A DNA stretch of 64,000 nucleotides, from assembly GCF_040938485.1 (NCBI RefSeq), contig NW_027271330.1, positions 434,001 to 498,000 of the forward strand, given 5' to 3'. Of the stretch, positions 13,393 to 27,013 are shown in pieces (position 1 is the first letter of the stretch; the number at the start of each line of letters is the position of its first letter). This stretch comes from Diadema antillarum (lineage: Eukaryota). The position numbers were made by a program, and so were the translations under genes. The notes under the pieces were generated by a model. It was not told the origin of the DNA. It did no database searches and was given only the letters and a program-made list of their open reading frames with translations.

Positions 13393-16300
13393 CTGATTTT
13401 GTAGAGTTTCATGGCAAAACAAGTTAATTTCATTCTTGTTTTATTATAATTTATTTTCGTTTAAAATGCCAACAACAAAGAAAATATTTAGAAAAAAAAG
13501 GTAGGAGTTTATGAATCAAAACTTCAAAATATACTTTGTTTTCTAATAAGTGAGGTATGACTGGAAAGGTTTTATTTTGCTCTGTTATATTTAATGATAG
13601 ACTACGTTATTGAAGACGACGCATAACCCGTTTTTGCGCTCAAACTTTTCTGTTTAGTTTGGTTTGTACGTCGACACTTTCTAATACGAAAAAGGAAACT
13701 GTTTGTGCAAAGCATGTTTCTATGTGTGTTTACGGGGATGTTTTGTTGTGTGCATTGGTTGTGTAAAGGTCATTTTATAGGCCTACATGACGTCCATGTA
13801 TTTGTTTGTGGCGTTAAGGTGTAAACAAGTGTAGTGAACACCAAGGAACAGGTGTTAAAAGCACGCCGCTAGGTAAGATAATTAAACGGAGGTTCAAAAG
13901 AATATCCGATTTTGAGAATCTTAAAACAATCAAGATGAGTAAAAATAAATACTATTAACTATGATGATTTCTTTGGACGGAAGAGTTTTCACTTGCTAAT
14001 TCCTGTAGACCAACTCTTCTAACATAATATAGTTTGTTCGCAAAAACTGATAAGTCCATATTTGCCAAATGGAAATATTTGCGATTAAAGATCAAGAGAA
14101 ATAAAGAGAATAATAAGAAAAAAATTGCTTCTTTTGACCATAACTTCGAAAATGTACCTTTTTATGTAGTGACCAATATGTCATTTAAATGGTATTATTT
14201 TGTACTTTATGACAGAGACCGTACTTCAAAATCTTCAAAAATGGACTTATCGGTTTTTGCGAACAAACTCCTCATATTCTTAATCGTATTTATCCCCTGA
14301 TCGTTCAATGTAGCACTAGTATGGTAATTTCAAGAAGATCGTGAACATAATCAACCTTCATAAGAATTGCGCACACACATTTACGTGTTTTCGAGCTGCG
14401 AGAGATTGAATACAAGTGATGTTCCAAGGTGGGAGTGAATGTGGAAAGTGTTACACTCGCTGAAATGTATGTCTTCCCTTTCAATACTCTCAGCTAGAGG
14501 AAGAAAAGAAGGCAGGGATATTCATCTGCGTAGACGAGTTTTCCTCAATTGCGTATCTTCACGGTGGATAAGAGTCGGCGCGTTTGAAGTCGCCGAAACC
14601 GACCCTCGCTTTATATTCAATTGCAAGGTGATGAGCGGGATTTGATGCGTGTTTAAAGCCCGCTTTCTCGTCTAGCAAGGCTGGAACGAGTCGGCGCCAT
14701 TTGATGTAAATAGAACCGTCTCCCAGTTTATATCTAATAGTGATTATTCTACTCCATGCCGCTGTTCTTTCTGGCCCCCCTCTCTCGCTATTTCAACCAC
14801 TGTCTCCCTCGTTCTCCTTCTCACCTCTTCCACTTGTTTTCTAGGGACAAGGGATAACTTGAACGCGACTCACAAAGTGATAAAGCAACTTTGGAAACTT
14901 TGTCGTTAAGTCAAGAAATATCGTTTACCTTTGGCTTTTCACCTGACGATCAGATTTCCATAAACTTTCAGCTGGAAGCGATAGCAGGTGGCATTAAATG
15001 TAGCCCGTGTGTTAATGTAGGTCAAATTCCTGTCCTCCAGACTAAAGAATTGAAAAAAAAGGCGAATCTACAGAAAAACTTTCCATTTATCTTCTCTTAG
15101 ATTACAATGAGTCAATTTACGTTTCGTATGAATATCCCAAGTTTGATATTTGACAAATAGGTGCACTGGAAGTGGTAGCGTATTAATAAACCGATTTAGC
15201 GGTTTTGTTAGTATACTGTTTTTCTGTTGTTCAAGCTAGTATAGTCTTCAATGAAAGTCTAATATCTATAAACTCGTAAAGCGTCGTCCAGTCGTATGAT
15301 AAATCTAAATTCACGTTGAATATAGGAAACGACTATTTCATCAGTCGAATTGTCATTAATACGTTTGCTGAACATCAGTTTTTTTTTAATCTTGTTGTTT
15401 TTATTAACGTACATACAGGGTTTAACAATATTGTAAGACAAACATAAAGATATATATTTATATATATTTTTTTTATTTGTGAAGTTCGAGGTAATGCTTT
15501 ATTTGAACTTTTAACCTCACAGGGACGGCAAGAGAATTGTAAGATAATAAGACAGATGAGGAGAGGGAGAGAGATAGAGAGAGAAGGAAGAAGCACACTT
15601 ATCGACAAGTTCGCACACATATAATTTCCTTCACTATCCTTAATGGACGTAGATACAGGCCGTTGTGTTGAACACGTCGTATAGTGTCACCGACCGCAAA
15701 GCATTATCTGAAGATTACGCTATTTGCTTTTTATTTTGGTCAGAAAGCACTTATCTGTTGTCATTGTTTGATTTATCTGTCTGTTGACATTCCGAAGATT
15801 ACCTGGCTGATTGAATGTTTTCATCTAAATGGTGCGTTTAATCAGTGAATACATGTTTCTTCAGGCTATGTGCAGTGCTACAATGGAGCTTTACCCAGCC
15901 CTTTAATGATATACATAATATTCCTGATGGAATGTGGCCCCAACACAAATTCTTGATGTTTAGTCGATGTTTCGACAACGCAGAAGTACACTGGCGTAAA
16001 TCAATTCTTTAATGGGCCGTCGAAACGAACAGTTGCGCGCCTGTCAAACCAGCCCTGCAGGGAATAAGCGTGATGATAGAAGCGGGAAGAAAAATGGAAA
16101 AAAGAGGGGGGGGGGGGGGGGGGGGGAGGGATTGGAACACAAACCGAGAGAATACTACCCTATGTCATGTGATTTCACACTGCTTTGAGGTAGATTTATA
16201 TTCGAGATACATCACAAAGATGTACATGATATTTACACTTTGAAAGAAGAAGATACTGACACTCAAGACACACAGTATTCATTTAATGAAACACTGAATA

Positions 16301-17595
16301 TCTTGCCCGCGGTTACTATGGCAACATTGGTTTTGCGTAACAGGTTTGCAATGACGTTCGCGCAATGGGCAAATGATATAGCAGCTAGAATATACTTTGC
16401 ACTATTTGACGCTTACGTCATGAAGTTCAACAAGTCAGAACTACAAACGGTATACACAGCACTGTGAAAACAGAGAATAAATGACAATGAACTGAAGAGA
16501 TGCGATGTTAAACTGACATAAATGACCAAAAATTTAGGATATCAGTGCAAACTTTCAAATAAAGAAAGTTAGGGAATTATCTCCCCCTCCTCAGCAATTC
16601 AGTGCGTAGTAAAGAAGGTAAATATAGACCCTCAATTCTCTCTTCCCCTCTCCCTCTCCATCTCTCTCTCTCCCTGCCCCGCTTCCCCCTTGCAAAATGT
16701 ACCAAATTTTCTCCGTTTTGTTTAGGTCTGTTTCGCGAGTTTCTACCATTGCCACGTCCGGGTGAGATTGGGGTAAATTGAGAGCACGTGTCGGGCGAGA
16801 TTCTCGGTCGTCTCCCGGGTCTTCCCCCATGAGTAACCCATTTCCTGTTTGCTTCGACCAACTTCAGAAACTTTTCTGATTCTCTCTCTAAACTTTGGCA
16901 ACTTTAGCATTCAAGTCAAATGGTCAGACCGTTTCGACTGCTTATTCCTGCATGTAGGTACTACAGTTTATACCGGTTCGTTTTAGTTCCGTTCAATTAA
17001 GTTTAGAATAATGGAACTTTAAAGGAAAATAAAAAGTAAACATGAAACCGCTTGAATACCGTCACCCAAATTACAAATCTCGCATTATGAACATTACTTT
17101 TTTGTGCATCATGGTATTATAATCATATCTCTAGCCGTATAATAGCAATGGTCAATATGGAGCAGATTCAGAAATATAGAAATAGAGAAACGCGAATATG
17201 TGAGAATAATAGGCCTATACACCTGTATAATGATGATTGACGCATGAGTTGGTAATAGATTATCATGTTGCTGGCAACACCTGTATAATGACATGAATGT
17301 AATTATGCATGTTTGTATGTTTTCTTTCAAGGTACAAATTGTAGGTCTACATAGACCTGTTTTAAATAATTTGTGTTCTACTCAGAACAACTTTAACAAT
17401 TTCATAGTCTCAGTCAAATTCTGTTTTTTTTTCATTGATTATCAGTGGCACTATAAAGCAAGTAGGACCTTCTAAATGAAGTGGATTTGGCAAGGAATTT
17501 TTTTTCGCGATATCATAGTGTTTCTGCTTTGCTTTGATATAATATGCTTTTCGTTGTCGCTATTGAAGCAATGGATGCTTGAAAACAAGTTACAT

Positions 17596-17745
17596 CGGGA
17601 GCGACCATCACGGCTTTAAAGTCTCCTATGAAGGACTTGGTAATAATAACATACCTCGCCTATAGGAGCACAGCAACTGCAGCAAAGCAGGGGACTCAAA
17701 CCAGGGACCTCACGGTTGCGAACTTCATCGGTTCTTCGTATTATT
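17596..17745 (-). mobile_element. tRNA-derived SINE remnant
   Basis: The minus strand reads ...cgcaaccgtgaggtccctGGTTTGAGTCCcctg (T-arm/B-box-like), followed by gtccttcataggagactttaaagccgtgatggtc, which resembles SINE tails as recalled from memory. Confidence 0.45.
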
Positions 17746-18538
17746 CGTATGATAACTGCGATCTCAAACATTTTCTCTGCGGTGATGAATGGCTGTTCTA
17801 GCCGCCAAAGCCGGTCGAAGGAACGTCGCGTCTCGCCAAACATAGGGCGCTACCTCCAGACAACTGCACTGTTCATCAGGTGTGCGCATGTCAAACCCCT
17901 CTTTCGGTAAACCGAGCGGATCCACCTTGTCGTTTTCTCTGTATGTGATGCACAAATGCATTGGGGAGTTCGACACGTGATGCTCGGCGTGTTAGGAGAA
18001 TTTTTAATAAACTGGCTTTGTCTGTACATCTTCTGTTCTTCTCACGTATTTTGTTCGTAAAGCAGTTGCTTTGCTTCCCTGTTTTCGTCAGCAGAATGAC
18101 GTCGGCCGTAGGATCTCGAGAGAAGCTCGAGATGAGGCATGTTTAATGTAACATTCGTGATAAGATGAGAGTGTCCTCTACTGCTCTAGAACAAATGGAT
18201 AGTTAGCATGATTTAGAATTGTAAAGTTGGTGAATTTAGAAAGAAATTTGGTGAAGATCTGTAAAATAGCAATTGATCGATATCTGGATTGATGGTAACG
18301 TCACCTAATCGACTTTGCCATTGGTCATTGCTGGTGTGCAGTTTGGACTGATATTGATGCTTCGTGAACACGCGTGAAACGTAATAATTCAATAAACTTC
18401 TTTGATGTCCGAGTTTAGTGAAACGTGAGAAATAAAAGCATTCCGTTTGGATGATTCACTTTAATCATCAAATTCACCTTGAAATTAACAAAGTGTCATT
18501 GCGTTTTTAAGTCATCGGAGTTAATGGTGAGCGGCTCG

Positions 18539-18673
18539 CAGGAGCGGATCCAGATATTCCGTAAAGGGGGGCTGGGGCTATCCCCTTCATTTTTAGGGGG
18601 GGGGGGGGGGGAGGGGCAGGTGCGCCTCCACCCCCCCCCCCCCCCCCCCCCCCCCCCCCGAGATCCGCTACTG
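18539..18673. mobile_element. Short G/C-tract MITE-like element with CAG...CTG termini
   Basis: CAGGAGCGGATC / GATCCGCTACTG inverted ends (11 of 12 match) enclose poly-G and poly-C runs. No clear TSD. Confidence 0.55.
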
Positions 18674-19095
18674 GGTCGCCCATCTCGCCCGCAAACGGGG
18701 TTCTGGGAAGGCACTTGTTATTGGCACAATGTCAAACATGTTGTCAAATACTCCGCAGTATGGGGGCAACATGGATGGGTGTGGTCGTCATCTTTCAAAA
18801 CTTTTAGTGGTCTTTCCAAACTTTTGTGGTCTCTCTAATGGAGTTACGAGATGACCTGGTGGTAGCAGAGGCGGACAGAATGGTAAATGTTTATCATTGT
18901 GTGTGTTTGAGCTGTGTGTCAGTCCTGTCTGCTGCCCATTTCATTCCCTTACTCATTACTAAAAGTCTTCCTTGTTTCGAAAGAAGGGGGAGGAGGTCAC
19001 CCTCCTCTTTCCTTGTGGGTTGTGGTCTCGCTAATGACGGGAGGAGGGTAACTGGCGGGAAGAGAGGATAAAATGATGGATGTTTATTGATCTGT

Positions 19096-19132
<37 letters not shown>

Positions 19133-19210
19133 TGCTTGTGTTGAATATTTTCTTCGTCGAAATTTGCCGTTTGGTTTCCTTTCTCTTTCCTTCTTGCGTG
19201 TGGAAAAAGG

Positions 19211-19240
19211 GAGGAGGAGGAGGAGGAGGAGGAGGAGGAG
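19211..19240. repeat. (GGA)n microsatellite
   Basis: About 10 units. Confidence 0.9.
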
Positions 19241-22200
19241 ATGTCCACGTGTGGTGGGAGACGACCACAGTATACAGGGCCTCGGAAACACTTTGTTCTC
19301 CTTGTTTCGCCTTTTAGTTTCGCGAAATATTACGAGATGTAGACAGAAGTAACATATTTCTGATTGGTTAATGGTCTTTGTTGAGAATAAACCATAACCA
19401 GCGTAAGACTGGCAACAGACGACGTGTAATATCTCTGGAATCAAGATGAATAAATCTTCCTCAGTGACGTCGGGGACGGAAGAAAGAACTTCGAATCTTA
19501 AAGCAGAGCCATTAACATTGATTAAGGAACTTATTGAAATAATTATTGGAAACTTAGTTATATCTTACATAGGCCTATATTTCTATTTGTGTACATGTCT
19601 AATGTCGCTAGTGTTGTTTCTTAAGGTCTTATAGTAGATACGGGGGGGGGGGGGGGGGGTTAATGAATTAGACGGTTGCGATCCCATATAGGCTAGTACC
19701 TGCTGCTAGTGAGCTTTAAAATAAAGCTCACTAGCAGCAGCGTACTAAACAGTACAACACAAAACATCGTGTGCATAATGAAACAAATAATGATGCGCAT
19801 TGAAAGCTATCCACCAAATCAATTGAATCTTGATGCAGTTTAGACCTCTATTTCGTCAACCAAAATAGTTCCCGGTCACTTGTACAAGTGTCACCATCAT
19901 GCAAATTAGTAAAATGGCCGTATTATTTAATTGTTATTAATATTATGACTGATGATATTATTATTATCATTATATTTATCTTCATTATAACTCTAACTAT
20001 AAAATATTATCGAGTCATTTGAAAAGTTTGATTGCGAAAGGAGTTAACTCCGTTCTTATCTTTATGAGATACTCCTACACGCGTATGAGCGATTAACTCT
20101 TCTAAAATCGAGAATATAATACGATATTATTGGATATTTTTTATCGTTACTTCAGTGATCCTTGATTATTATGTAACAAGTAAGGCACCACTAGAAAGGA
20201 GTTACTTTACTCTATCCAATGACGGACCTAATTTGAAATGTAAACAAAAAAAACTCTTTATCTGCTGACCTTTTTGGCATTGGATTTATGCTTGATTGTG
20301 CCTTTAATTGCCAATGATTCAGACTGCAAGTTAGACCTCGTCACGAGCGAATGCTTGCGGGGAATGATGGTTGGAACAGAATGTTTGAATCAATCAAAAA
20401 TTGGAGTTACCAATCAAGGTTGAAATAATTACGCGACTGGTGACTGACGTCTAGCCAGAAACGCTGCAGGGTGATTAGAGAATATGTAGACAGAGAACAG
20501 AAATATTCAAAAAGCATTTGGATGTTGAAAAATGATACATGCCAATAATGTTCCCCTCCTCTCTTCCCGCATTCATTATTTGATAAAAGAAGAGAAAAAG
20601 AAAATAAATAATGAATAGAGCCGAGTCTGATTTCGCATCGCAGGAAAGTGACTCACATCTTTTTCAAAGGGAAAAGTTTATCTTTATTTCACAAAGGCAG
20701 TATAATGAATAAATGGTTACCACCTTATCTGCCCTTCATACATCTTGTCAATTCTCATTTCGCGGAACCGCGTTTTCTCGTTTGAGCGAGACAAAACGAA
20801 CATGTCCTCAAAAATTGACAAATGAGCAATGTTCTCTCTTCATTATCCCATGGGGCATCACGGCGAGCTCCCTTCCTTCATGTCTAATGTACTGATTCGT
20901 TGGTTCCTTTACCCCCTTCACGGAGCTACGTGTAGCTCCATGCCCCCTTGTACTATTTTCCTTGATAACCATGTCAGAACCATGGAGCTACTGACATGCT
21001 AGAACGGAGTTGGAGGAGAATTTACTTCAAGGGAACTTCATTTTGACGAAAGCACTCCCACAGAAGACTTTTGCTGGATAGAAAGTCTCGAGAAATCAGT
21101 CAGAACTATAGTATTAGAATTTCTGATATGAGTATTCTATGCATGAAAATTAATTTCTCTGGTATAGACTACAGATGACTCAAGTATTTTATCACTGCAA
21201 TCACGCGACTGTTCATTACCCTTGGATTTATACCCCTTTTCAATAATGAGTTATTTTACTCTTAAAAAAAAATTGATGTGTCAGCGTGCCGTGTGGAAAT
21301 TGTTTCCTTCATCACAATCGTGAAAGACAGTTAAGTAAACGAAAAAAAAAGAGTCAATCAAAATCATACGTGATCATGTTTAACATTATAGGTCCTACAT
21401 GCAACGTTTATGCTAAATTGCAAGACGTCAGTCATGTGTTCTGACGTTGATAGGTAATAACAACGGAATTCCGACGATGAGTGAGTGACACGATCATTCT
21501 TCGAAATGAAAATGTGACAAATGATCCGATGAGTTTTAATTGTGATCTGGATCGTCACGTGGTTTTCCTTACTAGTCTATGAACGGACATTTGATTACGT
21601 CATGTACTCATATCTCTTTCAATGCATTCGTGAAGAAGGCGAGCTCAGTTTATGTAAGATGGTCCTTTTCATACGGGAGAGGCATTATTGTTGTATTAAA
21701 TGTTACAAGACAAACCCTAGTGAACAAGTAATATTTGACCATTCTCTGCTTTCAGAACTTAAAGTCAAGATGTGTACTTACAATCTCTACATTAGATTTC
21801 TCAGGAGCTGAGTCGTGCGTACCACGAGGATTGGTCTCCCGTGGTTATCTCGTAGTTCTCTCGTAGTTTACTCGTAGCTCTCACGTGTATGTCAATCTAC
21901 ATAGAGTATGCCGGCAATTTTTGGAACAATACCTGTCGTTGAGGTCGCCTCACCTACAGCTGCGTTCTGTCAGTTATCAATTTGTGACTACACAAACGCG
22001 TTTCAAACGCTGTCACTAATCACACTGTCCTTTGTTTGCGGGCACTCTGTTTTGTCTTGTAATATCTTCATGTGAGATTACAAAATATCGGTAACAACGA
22101 GACTTAATTAGCCCAATCGTGCTGGCTATTATCGAAAGGGAATGATTTGTGACGAGTGGAGGGCGCCACCATTGGCCGTCAAAGCACAAATCCTAAATTA

Positions 22201-23005
22201 TTCCCTTGCTGTAGACTGTGATGTACAAATGTGTAAAACGAGGAAGGTGAAGATGTTCCTTTGCAGAACTAATATTTTAAAAGTGTTATCCGTCTTCTCA
22301 CTTTGGCTCATTTTGCTAAAGTCTATAAACTTGCAGTAACTTCGGTTTTTCTGTTGGACGTCTGCAATACCCATTCCCAGATTGTATCAGTATATATATC
22401 TGAAACCTTAAAGGGAAGTGTGTAAAAATGGGGAAAAGAAACAAGAAAGGGGAAAAATGCAAGATGAAAAGTTCTCTCTTTTGTTCGCCTGTCGCCGCCG
22501 AGGGCGGTTAAACCCGGAAGGACAGTGTCGAGGGAACGGCGCTCGAGTAGCGGACGTCGCCGCCGCGGAAAGCAAACATTTCTGGCCGGAAAAATACACA
22601 GAATCGGCTGCGACTTTGACATTCTGACATCCAAAGAGGTCGGGACAGGAGAGTAGAAAGGGGAAGGCTGATTGGTGGTGGTGGGGGGGGGGGGGGGGGA
22701 TCGTGAAGTTGAAGTATGGCGTATGGAGGGGGAAAGGAAAGAAAGTTCCTAGCTTTTAGCTTTATGTCAAGGCTGTGTGCAACCTTCCCATAAAAAAAGA
22801 AAATACCTCGCTCATTTGTTTTTCCCCCGTTAATCTGTCAAGATGATGCTGGCTCGTTGTGCACCCTCCTTGCCGAAAAAAGAAGAAGATAAGATGAAGG
22901 TGAATAAAAGAATGAGGAGGAGAAGGAAGAGAAGGACAAGGAATTGGGGAAGATGAATGATCAAGACGAGGTGGAGGAAAAATAATACCAGGACTGGAAT
23001 TTACA

Positions 23006-23049
23006 AGACGGACAGACAGACAGCAGACAGACAGACAGACAGACAGACA
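23006..23049. repeat. (GACA)n microsatellite
   Basis: Imperfect tandem array. Confidence 0.88.
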
Positions 23050-24812
23050 TACAAACAAACATACTGCATGGAAAAAGAACGTTAATGGCTGGAAGAAGAG
23101 AAGAAAATGATATTGATGGAAAATTATTTGAAGAGCATAAATAAAGAGGGAGAGGAGGAAGTGGCGTTGGACGAAATGAAAATGAGGAAAGAGAATGAAG
23201 ATGGGGAAATCGGATTGCCGAGTGCATTGTATCATTTATATCTATAAGTTGCCATGTTAACACTAAATCTTGCTTTGAACTATGGCGTTACAGGTCCTAC
23301 ACTTACGAAAGGACAATCACGTCTTACGCAGGAATCGGTCGGGAATAATTTGAAAAAGGGATTAATAACTACCCTGATCATTGTAAGATTAACATAATGC
23401 TGTCTTGTGTCATAAAATGTGCGATAGACTGCGAATATAGGACACAGACTGGCTCCCATCCCCCCAATCTGACTGGATGTACGTCTGGAATTGAGCCTAA
23501 CTCGGGCTGAGATGTGACCCCTCGCTTAGTCACGTGTCAGAATGCAGTGCAGAAAACGTCGGGGATTTACCTGTCATCAAATGACAAATGCAGTTTATTT
23601 TACTAAGCCCCATCTCACGATGGGACGAAAAGTGTACTCAGCTGTTATTGCGAACCAGTTTCTCCGTCCTCGTCATATGTATACTTTTATGTTCAAATAG
23701 TATCGGACGCCAAAGTTTCCCCTGAAAAGGCAGGCCCGTTCAACTTTTGAGCTTCGTCGTAACCCCATGCTACGAGTGCCGATTGGCACAAGCAGCCCCA
23801 TGCATGGTGTTAGACATGCACACTCTTCAAAGTCCATGGCACAGAACGGTTTAGAGTTCCGAATCGACCGAGTGGAGTAGGTAGCTGCATATCACAGTTC
23901 CCTCATTCATTATGATGACGTCAGCCGTAAATGTTAATTTGAAATAAATGTAAACTACCTAACTGAAAGTCACTAAAGCTTGAGAAGGATGAAATATAAT
24001 TTGTTTTATGCTGTTTGCCTACGTGAGTAAGACCGACATCTTGATAATCATTTCTCATGATCATTTTTAATTGGACCTGAACCCTTCGACAGTAATGTTA
24101 CATTAAACCCAGTAAAAATAATCACCTTAATCGGATAGTGATATTTGTTATAGATATTTTTAGAGTAGCAGCATAATTCCCGAACGTTTTGTATGATGGA
24201 GTTTTACGTTATCCACGCAGACGTCATTTTGCAGCTCATTTATCACGAAGGGAGAGCCACCGCATTTGTTTTAAAGAGTGTCTTTAAAAATTGGTTGAAT
24301 TTGAATAAGTAAAGAAACACTTAATTTTGCAAAAAAAAAAAAAAAAAAATGCAGGGGATGTATGGCGGCTAGCGTGCTTCACTCAGCGCCGATTTCAATC
24401 TTGCGCGGTTCCCCTCGCCCATAAATCACTCGGCCGAACCAAAGGTAAAAGTATGATGGCAAGCCGAGACATTTCAATTATTGTGATAATGAAGAAACGG
24501 AAATCATATGTCAGCCCAAGTCGGTCAGTCGAGGCGGCTGATTCGGGATGTCGCGAGCTGTTTTTAAGGTGACGGGGGGGGGGGGGGGGATTTCCTCGCA
24601 GATAATGACTGAATATTTGTTTTCCCTCAGGACGCCCTCTCTGATTGGATTGATTTTTGATTAATCCTCTTAAAAACCACAGTCTCAGATATTATGGCTT
24701 TGACGTTATCTTGTACAGACAAGCGTGGAAGTATAGCTCCATGAGACAAGTTTCTTACAGTTTCGAGAGAGTCTAACAGTCGTCACGGCAGCGTGCATAC
24801 TCGTTGCTTTAA

Positions 24813-25202
24813 AGGGATGATATAGTTTTGGTTGAGATGGGGCTTCATATTTCCAACTTTTTGTGTGATAATGAGAAACTTCTATGATATTAAGGAGCAA
24901 ACAATATTATAACAAAAATTCAAATATTATATATAACAAAAATTCAAAGTTAACTTAATGCAAATAATAGCTGAGATATCTGAAACAAAACGATGCTAAT
25001 AAAACGTGGGACCCACCATTTATTAGGATCGCTTTGCTTTACTTTGTTTTTGGATATCTCAGTCATTCAAAACCGATTTTTCTCAAATAAACGTTGAATT
25101 CCTCTTAGAATTTTATGAACTTCATATTTCAGAAGTAGTTTTTAATTATCTCGCAAAAAGGCCAATCCTGAATCCTCATCTCAAGAAAAACTAAAACATC
25201 CT
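24813..25202 (-). mobile_element. Kolobok-like MITE, family B, diverged copy
   Basis: TTAA|AGGGATGATATAGTTTTGGTTGAGATGG start, the family B core (gtgggacccac, ttttggatatctcagtcatt) and a degenerate right end. Confidence 0.75.
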
Positions 25203-26444
25203 TTCATGTGCAGTCGTTTGTGTTCGTAGGCATATATGTTAGTCCATGAGGTAAATGAAATTCCTGAAAACTTCCGATGATAATTAGATTAAACTCCATC
25301 CGTGTCGCATCATGGGCATCGCCTGTAACCTTACTCCACACTTCATGATTTATTCCAATCAATGACGTCACCCACTACTTTAAATTTGAACACATTTGAT
25401 TAAGAATATCTCTACAGTTTTCTTTGTACAGACTTTCTATTCTTTAAAACAATGTCAAGCAGGTCAATTTGCATGTTGTTCGTGTTGCATGTGTAGTTTA
25501 ACAAGAAAACAAGGTCCTTATTTTCACTTTGTCACCCACGCTTGTATTGGTGCATTATTTCCATGTATCCTCTGGTACAATGACTCTATCACTGCAAACT
25601 GCAAATGAACAGTGTACTGAAGCAATTTTGAAACTCCGCCTCTCCCATAGCCCCGCCCTCCAGCCCCGGCCCCGCCCCTCACCCAGGACGGCTCTCTACA
25701 AGACGATGAGTGATAATAATATGTACTTGTGGGCAAATGTTATTACCACTCTGATAATATCGATGAATTTATAATGAATGACTTTGGGAGCATGCGCACT
25801 TGAAGAGTTTTAGCGCAACCGTGACACGACAACTAGCCGTTTGACAAGACTCTATATCAACGAATATTTGTCAAGACGAGTTTGTCACAGTGCAATACAG
25901 GAGACAGTACTCTTTCAGACTAGAGAGTTCTCGTATGCATGGATATACGACGTATGGACATGGAACGTTTTTATATGTCTGAATGGCAGTATTTTGGTAC
26001 CTCTTATGAATGTCGATGGTTTGAGCATCATTTCGGTGATTATGACATACTGTTATCATGTCTGAAAACTCTCATATCCATACGTCGTGTAAGAAGGTTG
26101 GGCTTGTTTGCGAACAACCAAAAGAATCCAACGCAATGCCAAATCACGATGTATACAAAGCCCGCGCAAATTCTGCGCAAAGTTCGTACTGCGCAAGGGA
26201 GAGAATCATACATATTCATGAGCTTCTCATGAAAGAAGACAGTATGCGAAGTCTGATGCTGCCATTATTACGATAATCATTAACGTTACTGGATGTCCAA
26301 ATGGTCTTGAATCAGCACGTCGTATGAATATTAGATAACTCGGTGTATCTAAAAGCGCCAGCGAGAACTGTCGGAAAAGAAAAAAATAAGCTACTCGTAT
26401 CCTCATACGGGTATACCGCCTTGTCCGCAAATAGTTAGGTTTAA

Positions 26445-27013
26445 AGGACAAGTTCACCTTCATAAACATAAGGATTGAGAGAATGTAGCAATATTAGTAG
26501 AACACATCATTGAAAGTTTGAGGAAAATCAGACAATCCGTTCAAAAGTTATGAATTTTTGAAGTTTTTGTGCCGTACCCGCTGGATGAGAAGACTACTGC
26601 AGTGTATGAATAACTTAGATGTCACATGCGTACAACAATATAAGGAAAACATAAAGAGAATTTCACAAAATTCCATCTTTTGAAAAAAGTACACATTCCC
26701 CTGACTTTTGACCGACAAATGTTATGGGTAATATTATTCCCCCTGCATTTAGAAAGAGGCAAGTCAAGTGCTCTTTTATTATGCGAAAAAAGTGAAAATA
26801 TGTTGAATTTTCTTTACATTTTCTTTATACTGTTGTACGCATATGACTCACAAGCTGTAGTAGTCTCCTCATCCAGCGGTTCCAACACAAAAATTTTAAA
26901 AAATTCATAACTTCTGCATCGATTGTCCAATTTTCCTCAAACTTTCACTGATGTGTTCTACTAATATTGTTGCATTTTCTCAATCCTTATGTTCATGAAG
27001 GTGAACTTGTCCT
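26445..27013. mobile_element. Kolobok-like MITE, family A variant copy
   Basis: TTAA at 26441-26444 and 27014-27017. TIR AGGACAAGTTCACCTTCAT...ATGAAGGTGAACTTGTCCT. Subterminal sequence (gaacacatca.tgaaagtttgaggaaaat...aaaagttatgaat) is shared with 1052-1599. Confidence 0.85.

Noticed and set aside
25939-26232. 97-aa ORF with a faint THAP-like C...HF pattern
   Set aside because: It lacks the C2CH spacing and conserved W/P. The region contains a degenerate inverted repeat, which suggests an old MITE.
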